Shown here: one piece after another, positions 1 to 9,606 of the stretch
Position numbering within the stretch: position 1 is the first letter of the stretch
Layout: the number at the start of each line of letters is the position of its first letter
DNA from: an uncultured Gammaproteobacteria bacterium
Lineage (GTDB): Bacteria > Patescibacteriota > Microgenomatia > Curtissbacterales > GWA2-41-24
Direction: 5' to 3'
Assembly: GCA_964492425.1 (NCBI GenBank)
Contig: CAZBKB010000003.1
Span: 6,682 to 70,681, forward strand
Length of the DNA: 64,000 nt
The notes under the pieces: generated by a model
What the model was told of the DNA's origin: nothing
What the model saw: only the letters and a program-made list of their open reading frames with translations
Database searches by the model: none
Program-made: the position numbers and the translations under genes

Positions 1-204
1 GCTTCAAATGACAAAAAAGTTTTTGTTCTCTGGGCACAGTTGGAAAACGCCAACGACCCACAGATTTACACAAACAGCAGCGCTCTTTGCAATTCCAGCG
101 ACCCGGATTTCTCAACCAGTCCTTCAAACACCTCACCTTTCAAAGGACTAGACCAATTCGCAGGCAGCGGCTTTAACTATTGCGTCAAATCACCACCGCT
201 CTAG
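1..204 (+). CDS. 3' end of a type IV pilin/GspG-like protein (truncated by window edge)
   Basis: Frame 1 reads ...FVLWAQLENANDP...C...NYCVKSPPL*, matching the C-terminus of the pilin at 39550-40260 (YILSARLENTKD...C...NYCVINP*). Not in the ORF track. Confidence 0.7.
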   Translation, partial: ASNDKKVFVLWAQLENANDPQIYTNSSALCNSSDPDFSTSPSNTSPFKGLDQFAGSGFNYCVKSPPL

Positions 205-364
205 CTACCTCCACTCCACTATAAGCCTAACACCCCCCCAATGCAAAGCCAGGCTTTGAAAGCTAAAATACCCGAGTTAAAAAAATATATAAATATACTA
301 TCAGTCTTTTATTATAGAGTGCACAAACCGTATGTGTTGATGATATAATTGTCTACGAACTTTT

Positions 365-435
365 ACGGGCGTCGTTCAACGGCAGGACAGCGGTCTCCAA
401 AACCGCTAATGAGGGTTCGATTCCTTCCGCCCGTG
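365..435 (+). tRNA. tRNA-Trp(CCA)
   Basis: Acceptor ACGGGCG/CGCCCGT, anticodon arm GCGGT-CTCCAAA-ACCGC, T-loop GGTTCGATTCC; 3' CCA not encoded. Confidence 0.95.
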
Positions 436-441
436 CAAGGC

Positions 442-1398
442 CTATTTAGGTGCCACTCTCTGCTCAGGATGAAAATAAAGGATAGCGCTTGCAATCCCTC
501 TTATATTAAAAAGCGTTGTTTTATTTTGATTATTACTAGGATCTTCCAAGTCTTTGTTAATCTCAGCTTGGTCCAATACCTGAAAAACATTAAGTCCCTT
601 CTCTTTTATGTATTCTCTATAATCCCCAATTACATCACCGTGCAATGCTGCATATTGGTCAAGAACCCCCTGAACTCCTTTGGGGCCCTTATGCCAGCTC
701 CAAACCACAAAACCCTCGTTGTCACCGAAAATTTTAGCGCTCCTGTTAAGATAAGCGGCAACCACAGCAGCAGATTTATCATGATCTAACCTGTCATCAT
801 TTTGATCGTTAGTTATATTCATTCCAAACTCTCTTCCCACCGCTTCTGTTATCTGATAATCTCCCAATGCACCTGCATCTGTCATAAACTCAAGCCCACC
901 CAGTTTGCCTCCAAGCGATTCAGCACCAAGCAGAAGAACAAAATCCTCGCCAGGTATATGAGTATACTCAGAGATTTTTTTAATTGTACCCATCCTTTTA
1001 TCTATATTGTCATAAGATTCCTGAGTTAGCCGGTCTCTCATATCAGCTTTCACAACATTAATCTGAATCTTGAGTGTCTCTCTGTCTTTGCCTTCCAGGT
1101 GGGGGTAAAAAAGATCGATTATTTCCTCCTCTGAAAGTATTTGCTCGATAGGTGCAATTTCAACTTTACCCTGTGGAAGCTCCGAAATATTACTGAGCCT
1201 GTTAACTAAATCAACATATGCCTGCTGAGGATTATCTACAATTTCAACAACAGCCCTGGCACTTTCTGCAGGGTGTGCAGCAGCAACACCGCCACCAGTA
1301 GCAAGACCAATCGCAAGCACAGCCCGACCTGCTGGGATAAACCCTGATTTTCTTGGACGACTAACTCTTTTTTCTCCTGACTTCTCGTCCATAAACAT
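442..1398 (-). CDS. Membrane-anchored or secreted lytic transglycosylase (SLT/MltD-like domain)
   Basis: N-terminal hydrophobic segment; AES motif (catalytic Glu), GALGDYQI (GAxGLxQ-like), DDRLDxxKS..AAYL; SWHKG where AYNAG is usual. Confidence 0.75.
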   Translation of the reverse strand: MFMDEKSGEKRVSRPRKSGFIPAGRAVLAIGLATGGGVAAAHPAESARAVVEIVDNPQQAYVDLVNRLSNISELPQGKVEIAPIEQILSEEEIIDLFYPHLEGKDRETLKIQINVVKADMRDRLTQESYDNIDKRMGTIKKISEYTHIPGEDFVLLLGAESLGGKLGGLEFMTDAGALGDYQITEAVGREFGMNITNDQNDDRLDHDKSAAVVAAYLNRSAKIFGDNEGFVVWSWHKGPKGVQGVLDQYAALHGDVIGDYREYIKEKGLNVFQVLDQAEINKDLEDPSNNQNKTTLFNIRGIASAILYFHPEQRVAPK

Positions 1399-1447
1399 AT
1401 TCTAGCTTGAATCATCCTAAATTTGAAGGCATAATATAAAAATTCAT

Positions 1448-2533
1448 ATGGCAGATAGATTCGCGCAAGCTCACGAAATTCTAAAAACACGCCACCTAGA
1501 TTCACTTCTGGTCACCAACCCAACAAATATTTTTTACCTGACCGGTTTCAGGGGTGTTTCCCCCACAGAACGCGAGGCACTGCTTGTCGTCAAAAAGCCA
1601 AAAAACATTTTAATAACCGCCAAACTATACCAAGCGGAAGCTAAAAAAGTCGCGTCTAACAATCTGACAGTTAAAATCGCAGCTGAACGCAACGAATACG
1701 AAGACTTTATAAAAGAATCATTAAACGGCATAAAAAGGCTGGGGTTTGAACAGGATGACCTAAAATTTTCAGAATACAAAAAATTCAAAAAATACCATAA
1801 AGATGCAAAATTTATCCCGACGAACAACTTGATAGAAGACTTAAGATCCATAAAAAGCAATGACGAGATTCAATACATCACCCGCGCCCAGCTTATCACC
1901 CAAAAAGTTTTTAACGAAATCATCAAAACTATCAAGATTGGCCAAACCGAAGCCGAAATCGCACAGCGGCTCAAATCAATAACACACCATTTTACGCACC
2001 AAAGCCTGGCTTTCGAACCTATCGTAGCATCTGGACCTAATTCTGCACGTCCTCACTACACAACAGGGAAACGAAAAATAAAAAATGGGGACATTCTACT
2101 TTTCGATTTTGGCGCAACATACAAAAACTACTGTGCCGACTTCTCAAGAACAGTCTTCATTGGCAAGGCAAACAGCCAGCAGCAAAAAATCCACGAACTT
2201 GTCTTCAACTCCCAGCAAGCTGCCATCAAAACAATAAAAGGAGAAACCTTGGCCAAAAAAGTATTCGAGTCTTCCCACAAAGTTTTCCGCAAAGCTCGGC
2301 TCGATCGTTATTTCATCCACAGTCTGGGCCACGGTATCGGACTCGAAGTACACGAAAAACCTTCACTCTCACGAAAAAGCAAGGACACACTCAAACCCGG
2401 CATGGTCTTCTCAGTCGAACCAGGCCTTTACTTTCCCTGGGGCGGGGTAAGGATAGAAGATCTCGTATTGGTCTTGCAGCATAAAGGCAGTATTATAGGT
2501 AAAAGCGCCATCTTTATTGAGGTTAAACCTTAG
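1448..2533 (+). CDS. Xaa-Pro peptidase (M24B family)
   Basis: Creatinase-like N-domain; DFGA, ADFSRT, HSLGHGIGLEVHE, SVEPGLY, GVRIED metal-ligand motifs. Confidence 0.95.
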   Translation: MADRFAQAHEILKTRHLDSLLVTNPTNIFYLTGFRGVSPTEREALLVVKKPKNILITAKLYQAEAKKVASNNLTVKIAAERNEYEDFIKESLNGIKRLGFEQDDLKFSEYKKFKKYHKDAKFIPTNNLIEDLRSIKSNDEIQYITRAQLITQKVFNEIIKTIKIGQTEAEIAQRLKSITHHFTHQSLAFEPIVASGPNSARPHYTTGKRKIKNGDILLFDFGATYKNYCADFSRTVFIGKANSQQQKIHELVFNSQQAAIKTIKGETLAKKVFESSHKVFRKARLDRYFIHSLGHGIGLEVHEKPSLSRKSKDTLKPGMVFSVEPGLYFPWGGVRIEDLVLVLQHKGSIIGKSAIFIEVKP

Positions 2534-2548
2534 GTGTAAAATAAGTTT

Positions 2549-2944
2549 GTGAACAAAAAAACAATTTTTTCCATCATAGTCGCTGTCAGCCTTACAGCAT
2601 TATTAATATTCGCTTTCCTTGTATCCCACAACAAAGTATCTGCACCAACCACACAGCAAGAATCAACCCGGCAAGCGCAAACAAACAGCCCAAACTTTAA
2701 GGGTAATGAGGATGCATTTAAAAATGCCCTAAACCTTTACATCCAAAAAAAACAGGAAGGTGTAGATATGTCAACCGGTCCATGCCTTGGCAGGGTCGCT
2801 GACGATTGGGTTTTGGATATTGCCCACAACCCCAGACAAGCAGTCGACGACAGCGCAGAAAATCAGTGCCAGGATTTCAAAAACGGCAACGTGAAACATT
2901 TCATAGAGTTTGACCCAAATGGTGAACTAATTCGCTCCCAGTAA
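2549..2944 (+). CDS. Hypothetical membrane-anchored protein (Cys pair: GPCL...NQC)
   Basis: N-terminal TM helix; co-directional with neighbours. Confidence 0.7.
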   Translation: MNKKTIFSIIVAVSLTALLIFAFLVSHNKVSAPTTQQESTRQAQTNSPNFKGNEDAFKNALNLYIQKKQEGVDMSTGPCLGRVADDWVLDIAHNPRQAVDDSAENQCQDFKNGNVKHFIEFDPNGELIRSQ

Positions 2945-2964
2945 CTTCTAATATTCGCCAAAGT

Positions 2965-3531
2965 ATGAGATTATTAATCGTGATGTTGCTGCTCTCCAAA
3001 AATCACAAAGGGTCAATTTTGATTCCCCTCATAATTTTGCTGCTGATATCCACAAGTGTGCTCTTACTCTCAAAGTTTCTCTCAACATCCCAAGCAAATG
3101 TCGAAACAGCGATTGATAGCCGATACCAAACGTCCCTTTCTGCCAAAATGGACCCTCCCAACAACTGGGTAAAAGCCGAAAATAAACGTTACAAATTCAG
3201 CATTTTCTACCCAAAACAATGGGTCGGGTCACTCAATCCAAAGCCACGAGGAAACGAGTTGTTTATACTTGAGAAATTCCTCTCAAATAAAATCAAATTG
3301 AAAGTGACGGTCATGTCCAAATATGAAATCCCTCAAGGCACAATAGCAATAAAATTCAATAAAAATACCTTTCACCTCCAAACTGACGAATCCGCCACTA
3401 AACTAGCCATACTACAAAACGGGGGATTTTATTACTTACTGGAACTCACCAATAACACTTATTTTGCCGAAGAATTAGACTTCAAGAGCACTTTCTTCCA
3501 GATACTTAAAAAATTCGAAGAACTGGAATAG
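2965..3531 (+). CDS. Hypothetical membrane-anchored protein, PsbP-like motif
   Basis: TM helix followed by W..ENxRYKFSIFYPxxW. Confidence 0.6.
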   Translation: MRLLIVMLLLSKNHKGSILIPLIILLLISTSVLLLSKFLSTSQANVETAIDSRYQTSLSAKMDPPNNWVKAENKRYKFSIFYPKQWVGSLNPKPRGNELFILEKFLSNKIKLKVTVMSKYEIPQGTIAIKFNKNTFHLQTDESATKLAILQNGGFYYLLELTNNTYFAEELDFKSTFFQILKKFEELE

Positions 3532-3539
3532 TACAAAAT

Positions 3540-3809
3540 TTACTGCCTGGGTCCATTATCGGCTTTAGGTCTTGCTTCGGAAACATACATTTTTCTGCCT
3601 TCAACCTCTGTTTCATTAATTTCCGCAATTGCTTTCTTTGCGTCATCCTCAGTCTTCATTTCAACAAAACCAAAGCCTCTCGACCTTCCTGTTTGCTTAT
3701 CCATCACAACATTGGCATCAACAACTTCTCCAACTTTCGCAAAAACTGCACGCAAGCCGTCTGAAGTCATAGAATATGACAAGTTGCCAACAAATAATTT
3801 AGTACTCAA
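3540..3809 (-). CDS. RRM (RNP-1) RNA-binding protein
   Basis: KLFVGNL (RNP2) and RGFGFVEM (RNP1); TTG start preceded by AGGAG. Confidence 0.95.
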   Translation of the reverse strand: MSTKLFVGNLSYSMTSDGLRAVFAKVGEVVDANVVMDKQTGRSRGFGFVEMKTEDDAKKAIAEINETEVEGRKMYVSEARPKADNGPRQ

Positions 3810-3988
3810 TTAAATCACGCTCCTTTCATCAATAACTTTGGGATAACATTAATAATTCAAGAAGATTATACTTGCGCCGCTCAACTTTCTAAAATTATTT
3901 TAACTAAATCCATTACTATTAGTCAATACCGTTTTACCACTTGTAAAATTTCGGTAACTAGGTTTAAATCAACCCAAAGTCTGCTTTA

Positions 3989-4336
3989 GTGGAAAATGTA
4001 AAAAATACTTCACTAGTTATATCTACAAAAAATGTGCTCACAATTAGGGCAAATATTTCTTTTAAAAAAATTCTCAAAAAAATTTACAAAAATAAAAAAG
4101 CGGATATCGTCATACTGGAAAAAGCAAAGTCCAACCAAATGGCGGCTATCCTACTATCTCGTCTCATGGGCAAGAAGTTCATTTGGGCACAATGTTTTTC
4201 CAATCCGCCAACTCCTAACTTTCCGGCCAAACTACTGATGAATCAAGCGGATACCATAATTGTCGCTTCCAAAAAATCGGCTGCCAAACTTCACTCGTTT
4301 GGTATCGACAAACCCAAGATTAGAATTAGGAAATAA
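3989..4336 (+). CDS. Stand-alone GT-B (GT4-like) N-terminal domain
   Basis: ADTIIVASKKSAAKLHSFGIDKPKI resembles the end of a GT4 N-domain; no C-domain follows. Confidence 0.45.
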   Translation: MENVKNTSLVISTKNVLTIRANISFKKILKKIYKNKKADIVILEKAKSNQMAAILLSRLMGKKFIWAQCFSNPPTPNFPAKLLMNQADTIIVASKKSAAKLHSFGIDKPKIRIRK

Positions 4337-4343
4337 TTTTAAA

Positions 4344-4736
4344 TTAACCCAAAACTACCCACGGCCTCAAATCCTTCTTCTTAATAACCGGCGCAATGAT
4401 AAACTTTGTAGCAGATTTGATAAACATCAGTGTCACAAAATTCACCTTCTCATGCTCATTCCAAAACCCGACCGGCACCCCAAGGTCATCACCGTAGGTC
4501 TTCTTAATAAGTTCTACCTCCTCAACTCTCGGATGGTCAAAATAGAAAACCCGATCAACTATAAATTGACCCACTATTTTTTCGCCGGGCACTTTTAAAA
4601 GCACCACATCCCCTGCCGCAACTTTACCGAAAGGATCAATCTTAATCTTAGAAAATCTTCCCTCTATCCTCTTACGGCCGCTAAACATCGCCTCAATTGC
4701 CTCACTTTTCAAAATAGCCAGATGCTTACCCATCAC
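4344..4736 (-). CDS. ASCH/PUA-like domain protein
   Basis: IEAMFSGRKRIEGRF (GxKxxExR) plus GDVVLLK. Confidence 0.8.
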   Translation of the reverse strand: MMGKHLAILKSEAIEAMFSGRKRIEGRFSKIKIDPFGKVAAGDVVLLKVPGEKIVGQFIVDRVFYFDHPRVEEVELIKKTYGDDLGVPVGFWNEHEKVNFVTLMFIKSATKFIIAPVIKKKDLRPWVVLG

Positions 4737-4784
4737 AGGGATTTTAATCCATTTGACAAAAAGATTCTATGCATCAGTAAAATG

Positions 4785-5669
4785 TTAGAACTCCAAACTT
4801 TTGAGGTAATCCCGCAACTCATCACCTATATCATCGCGCAAAAGACCATAATCTATAACAGTTTTCAAGTACCCAATTCTACTCCCGCAATCGTAATATT
4901 TGCCATTTTCAATCTCAATCGCATGAACCTTTTTACCATCCGAAATCATATTATTAACGCCATCTACATAGTAAAGTTCTTCTCCTTTGTCTATGGTGGT
5001 AGGCATCGCCCGCTCCAGTGCCTCAAATATATCCGGTGTAAATAAAAAACCGGATACTACAGCCAGATCACTCGGTGCCCTCTCCACTCCGGGTTTTTCA
5101 ATAAAAGTCTCAACATCAATAACTCCATTTGCAACCTCACGGCCCCCAACATATCCATACTTCTTTTTATCATCAGCATCCGGCCGCACAATACCAGACA
5201 AGATTGAAGTTCCATATTTTTCATAAGCTGTAATCATCTGCTTTGTCCTCGATGGTTTTGCCGCTACAAAATCATCTCCCCACAACATTACTACCGGCTC
5301 ATCCCCAACAATTTCGCGAGCCACCAGCAGCGCGTGACCGTTACCGAGTGCTTCTTTCTGTCTAACATACACAAAGTTGGCCAGTTCCGAAATTCTTCTT
5401 ACTTCCTCAAGCATTTGAGTTTTTCCGTCTTTTTCCAGTCTCGCCTCAAGCTCAAAATGCTTATCAAAATGATCCTCTATCGCCCGCTTGTGCCACCCAG
5501 TCACCAGAATTATCTGCTCTATACCTGCTTCTATCGCTTCCTCAACAACATATTGAATAATAGGCTTGTCAACCACAGGCAGCATCTCTTTGGGCATTGC
5601 CTTGGTTGCCGGCAAAAACCTCGTCCCAAACCCCGCCGCAGGAATTACTGCTTTCCTCACCTTTTTCAT
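4785..5669 (-). CDS. galU: UTP--glucose-1-phosphate uridylyltransferase
   Basis: KAVIPAAGFGTRFLPATKAMPKEMLPVVDKP, RQKEALGNGHA, IEKP. Confidence 0.95.
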   Translation of the reverse strand: MKKVRKAVIPAAGFGTRFLPATKAMPKEMLPVVDKPIIQYVVEEAIEAGIEQIILVTGWHKRAIEDHFDKHFELEARLEKDGKTQMLEEVRRISELANFVYVRQKEALGNGHALLVAREIVGDEPVVMLWGDDFVAAKPSRTKQMITAYEKYGTSILSGIVRPDADDKKKYGYVGGREVANGVIDVETFIEKPGVERAPSDLAVVSGFLFTPDIFEALERAMPTTIDKGEELYYVDGVNNMISDGKKVHAIEIENGKYYDCGSRIGYLKTVIDYGLLRDDIGDELRDYLKSLEF

Positions 5670-5782
5670 TAGTACAAGAAATTATCTCCCAAAAACTATC
5701 CTAAATCAACTTATTTATTGCTTATTACTAATTGCTTTTGGTATCATAACCAACAACCTTTGACAAAAAGGAGAGTTGTTTA

Positions 5783-5974
5783 GTGGTATTTAACCCTTTA
5801 GAGTACGTAAAAGAATCAAGGGCCGAACTGGAAAAAGTAGTTTGGCCAACAAAAACAGAGACCATCAAGTTAACTGTCTTAGTTCTCATAGTCTCTGTAT
5901 TAGTGGGTGCTTACATCGCAGGGCTCGATACACTTTTTACACTGCTGGTTGAAAGATTTCTACAGAAAGGATAA
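5783..5974 (+). CDS. secE: Preprotein translocase subunit SecE
   Basis: ELEKVVWPT motif plus one TM helix; directly upstream of nusG. Confidence 0.95.
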   Translation: MVFNPLEYVKESRAELEKVVWPTKTETIKLTVLVLIVSVLVGAYIAGLDTLFTLLVERFLQKG

Positions 5975-5977
5975 CAA

Positions 5978-6712
5978 GTGGACGACAGTCAAAAAAATAT
6001 AAAAAGCACGGAAGAAAAATCAAAAAAGACGGAAAAATCCGAAAATTCTGACCGAGGCGACAAAACCGCATCAACTATACCGTCAGAAGTCATAGATCAG
6101 TCCAAAAATACAGACAATACTAATGTTATCAATCAGGTCGATGATAATGAAAAATCCAAACCCCGCCCAGTAGACACTCCACCATTAAAAGGTGCCCACT
6201 GGTATGTTGTCCATACATATTCAGGCCACGAAGCAAAAGTCGCCGCAACTTTAAAACAACGGATTGAATCCCAAAAACTCAGCGACAAAATACTCGACAT
6301 TCTGGTTCCAACACAAGACAAAATAGAAATTAAAGAAGGCAAAAAATCTACAGTCAAAGAAAAGATTTTTCCCGGCTACTTACTTATTAATATGGTACTG
6401 GACGATAACACCTGGCTTGCGGTAAGAACCACACCGGGAATCACCGGCTTTATCGGCACTGCAAACAAACCGACACCACTTCCTGAGGCAGAAGTAGAAA
6501 CAATCAAACGCTTCATGAACTTGGAAGCTCCAAAGTTCAAGACGGCTTTCTCGCAGGGCGAAGCCGTAAAAATTACCGATGGACCCTTTGCCGAATTCTT
6601 GGGAACAATTTCTGAAATAGATGAAGAAAAAGGCAAACTTAAAATACTAGTTTCTATCTTCGGGCGCGAAACACCTGTTGAGCTTGATTTTCTACAAGTT
6701 GCAAAACTTTAA
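5978..6712 (+). CDS. nusG: Transcription termination/antitermination factor NusG with N-terminal extension
   Basis: [18 protein letters not shown] motif [14 protein letters not shown]. Confidence 0.97.
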   Translation: MDDSQKNIKSTEEKSKKTEKSENSDRGDKTASTIPSEVIDQSKNTDNTNVINQVDDNEKSKPRPVDTPPLKGAHWYVVHTYSGHEAKVAATLKQRIESQKLSDKILDILVPTQDKIEIKEGKKSTVKEKIFPGYLLINMVLDDNTWLAVRTTPGITGFIGTANKPTPLPEAEVETIKRFMNLEAPKFKTAFSQGEAVKITDGPFAEFLGTISEIDEEKGKLKILVSIFGRETPVELDFLQVAKL

Positions 6713-6713
6713 T

Positions 6714-6992
6714 ATGGAAACCTTAAGAATCGCAGATAAAGTTTTGACAGTCTCGCAAGTTGCAGAAAAAATCCATATCGCTGCAGCCGATTTATCAGCC
6801 CTTGTGGATGCAGGAGTATCTCATAAAAAAGTCATGCCGCAAGCAATAATGGTGACACACGCAGCAATAAAAGTTGCAGAAAAAATAGACGGAATAACCG
6901 CCGAAATAGAAGACGCAGCACGTGACCTGCAAAATACGGTAGACAAAAAGGTCCAAAGGGGTAAAAGAATAGAGATAAGAATAGTAAAATAA
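6714..6992 (+). CDS. Hypothetical small helical protein (possible HTH at N-terminus)
   Basis: ATG at 6714 just after the nusG stop, in frame with ORF 6678-6992; LTVSQVAEKI...LSALVDAG. Confidence 0.5.
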   Translation: METLRIADKVLTVSQVAEKIHIAAADLSALVDAGVSHKKVMPQAIMVTHAAIKVAEKIDGITAEIEDAARDLQNTVDKKVQRGKRIEIRIVK

Positions 6993-6996
6993 AGAT

Positions 6997-7887
6997 GTGC
7001 CCAACATCAATAAAATCAAGCGCACGATAAAAAGGAATCGCTTAAAAATATTACTACTCGCCATTGCAGTCAGTACCATCACCTTCTTCTCATTAAATGA
7101 AATCTCACCAAACCAAATTGCCACAGAGCAAAATAAAACGCCATCTCCTAACCCAAACCAAATAACCACAATTACCGAACCTGATTCAAATATCCAAAAT
7201 CTTCTGCAAACAGAAATTCAACAACTTACAGGCACTTACAATATTGTCATAAAAGACCTAAAAACAAACCAGATTTACTCCATAGGACAAAACCAAAAAA
7301 TCCCCAGCGCCAGTATTTATAAACTTGCCGTTATGTACAAGGCTTTCGATGCGTTAGAAAAAGGAGAACTAAAAAAAAATCAGATTCTCTCAAACGGCCT
7401 AACTGTTGAAAAAGCACTGGAGCAAATGATAACTATATCCGATAACGAATCCGCCCTCATATTGGCAGAAAAACTAGGCTGGAAAAACATAAACTATTTT
7501 CTTCAAAGTGAAGGGGTTACAGGTTTTAACCTGATGATTAAAGATTACCCAGAAACAACTGCCAGGGCCACCGCAGATCTCCTTGAGAGAATTTACAGAA
7601 AAACCGCAGTCTCCGCCCAAGCATCGCGTGAAATGCTAGAACTACTGCTTGCTCAGCAAAAAAATGACCGAATCCCATCCCTTCTGCCACCAAATATCAA
7701 AGTAGCACATAAAACCGGAGAATTGGACAACTTCCGCCATGATGCCGGCATTGTCTTTGGCAAAAGAAGTGATTACATATTTGTATTTTTAACAGAAACA
7801 CCAGTCCCCGAAGATGCATACACAAACATTGCCAATCTCTCAAAAACCACGTTCGATGCACTGGAAAATCCCAATACCTTGAAATAA
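6997..7887 (+). CDS. Serine hydrolase, class A beta-lactamase-like/PBP family, membrane anchored
   Basis: SIYK (SxxK), SDN and HKTG motifs; N-terminal TM helix. Confidence 0.9.
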   Translation: MPNINKIKRTIKRNRLKILLLAIAVSTITFFSLNEISPNQIATEQNKTPSPNPNQITTITEPDSNIQNLLQTEIQQLTGTYNIVIKDLKTNQIYSIGQNQKIPSASIYKLAVMYKAFDALEKGELKKNQILSNGLTVEKALEQMITISDNESALILAEKLGWKNINYFLQSEGVTGFNLMIKDYPETTARATADLLERIYRKTAVSAQASREMLELLLAQQKNDRIPSLLPPNIKVAHKTGELDNFRHDAGIVFGKRSDYIFVFLTETPVPEDAYTNIANLSKTTFDALENPNTLK

Positions 7888-8005
7888 AGTCAGCATTTAG
7901 CGTATACTTTCAACTTAATTGTTAGATTGTTGCATTGCAACTCCGAGCTAGATAGACACTCTCAATATAACGATTTATCAATAAAACAATATAACTATCT
8001 AATCC

Positions 8006-8431
8006 ATGACAAAAAAAGTTAAAACCTTCATTAAGTTAACCCTCAAAGGCGGACAAGCAACTGCCGCCCCCCCAGTTGGAACGGCACTCTCACCTCAAGG
8101 TATACCTATAATGGACTTTGTCAAAGCTTTTAACGACAAAACAAAAGATCAAATGGGGACTCCCCTGCCTGTTGTAATTACAGTTTTTGAAGACAGGACT
8201 TTCGCTTTTATTGTAAAAAAACCTCCTGTTGCAGTCCTTATTAAAAAAGCTCTGAACATTGAAAAAGGTGCCCAAACTACAAGCAAGCAGACTGTTGGCA
8301 AACTATCAATCAACCAGGTAAAAAAAATCGCTGAAGAAAAAATGCCGGACTTAAACACCAAAAACATAGATGCTGCAACAAGAATAGTCCAAGGAACCGC
8401 AAGATCCATGGGGGTAGAAACCGAAATTTAA
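8006..8431 (+). CDS. rplK: 50S ribosomal protein L11
   Basis: APPVGTALS, F..KPP, GTARSMG. Confidence 0.97.
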   Translation: MTKKVKTFIKLTLKGGQATAAPPVGTALSPQGIPIMDFVKAFNDKTKDQMGTPLPVVITVFEDRTFAFIVKKPPVAVLIKKALNIEKGAQTTSKQTVGKLSINQVKKIAEEKMPDLNTKNIDAATRIVQGTARSMGVETEI

Positions 8432-8463
8432 AATTTCAAATTTAAAATTAAAAATTAATTAAT

Positions 8464-9435
8464 ATGGGCACCACTCGCATAAAAGTTATCGATCTTTCTT
8501 CAAGTCAGCAGGAAATTAAAACTGCAAGAAAGCACGCGGAAAAACTTTCTGGCGCAGTAAAAATTAAAAAGGATAAAACGAAAGCAGAAACAATACCTGC
8601 AAGCGAAATTCCAACCCAGGAAATACAAGCGACCTTGGCCCAAACACAAGAAATGCCGGTTGAACAAAAAGACTCAATCCCCGACACAAAAGTAAAGGAG
8701 GGAAAAAATCAACCAACCCCAATAGTTAAAAAAACAAAAGAGTCACCGCTCAAAAAACACGCACGCCACAAGGGCGCAAAATACCAAAAGGCAGCAGCTT
8801 TAATAGAGCCAAAAGACTATTCTCCAAAGGAAGCTTTCAAACTGCTACCCATGACATCTTTCACCAAATTCGACCCAACAGTGGAGGTACACCTGGGCCT
8901 TTCTGAAAAAAATATCAAAGTTACAGTCAATATGCCCCATTTTAAGGAAAAAAAGGACCATCACCCAAAATACTTAATTTTTGCCGACCAAAAAACTCTC
9001 CCCAAAGAAGCACAAGTAATCTGGGGTAATGAAAAAACAATTGCTGAGGTAGAAAAAGGATCCCTCAAAGCCGGTCGTGATTTTACAGAAGTTATTGCAT
9101 CTCCACAATACATGCCAAAACTTGCAAAAATCGCCAAAATCCTTGGACCAAAAGGTTTAATGCCAAACCCCAAAAACGAAACTGTTTCAGAAAATGTTGA
9201 AAAATTTTTCGATGGGTCTGCAAGTTTAGCCGGAACAACCGTAAAAACCGATCCAACAGCTCCAGTTATTCACACGAAAATCGGTAAACTTTCCCAGAAA
9301 ACAACCGAACTGGAAGCCAACTTCAAAGCACTCATAACTGCAATCGGCACCACAAAAATTAAAAAAGCAACGCTTACAACCTCGATGGGCCCACCAATCA
9401 GACTCGACCCTAATAAATTAACCGCTGCCCAATAG
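8464..9435 (+). CDS. rplA: 50S ribosomal protein L1 with ~100-aa N-terminal extension
   Basis: KFDPTVEVH, LGPKGLMPNPK, TSMGP; follows rplK. Confidence 0.93.
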   Translation: MGTTRIKVIDLSSSQQEIKTARKHAEKLSGAVKIKKDKTKAETIPASEIPTQEIQATLAQTQEMPVEQKDSIPDTKVKEGKNQPTPIVKKTKESPLKKHARHKGAKYQKAAALIEPKDYSPKEAFKLLPMTSFTKFDPTVEVHLGLSEKNIKVTVNMPHFKEKKDHHPKYLIFADQKTLPKEAQVIWGNEKTIAEVEKGSLKAGRDFTEVIASPQYMPKLAKIAKILGPKGLMPNPKNETVSENVEKFFDGSASLAGTTVKTDPTAPVIHTKIGKLSQKTTELEANFKALITAIGTTKIKKATLTTSMGPPIRLDPNKLTAAQ

Positions 9436-9537
9436 CCCAACGCCTACTTGTCCTACATCTACCGAAGTATCAATCTTGGAAATTTATAAAGCCACATAAA
9501 CAAGAAATTACCTAATTAATTACCCCAGCCACGACAC

Positions 9538-9567
9538 TTGACAACCCCCCCCCCACAATGATAGACT
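9538..9567 (+). promoter_or_regulatory. Sigma70-type promoter with a C10 tract in the spacer
   Basis: TTGACA (9538-9543), 18-nt spacer containing C10 (9545-9554), TG-n-TAGACT (9562-9567); ATG at 9607. Confidence 0.7.
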
Positions 9568-9606
9568 ATGGGTCTTGAATTTCTGCCCAAATTTTTATAG
9601 GTAAAA

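Noticed and set aside
233-239. C7 tract as a phase-variation site
   Set aside because: Short, and not within a recognisable promoter spacer or CDS
349-789. 146-aa plus-strand ORF and other antisense ORFs (e.g. 16178-16681, 30713-31231, 41690-42406, 63070-63819)
   Set aside because: They overlap a tRNA or lie antisense to well-supported genes; shadow ORFs of biased or repetitive coding sequence
6997-7887. Bona fide class A beta-lactamase resistance gene
   Set aside because: Omega-loop ExxLN motif not evident; better called a serine hydrolase/PBP-like protein
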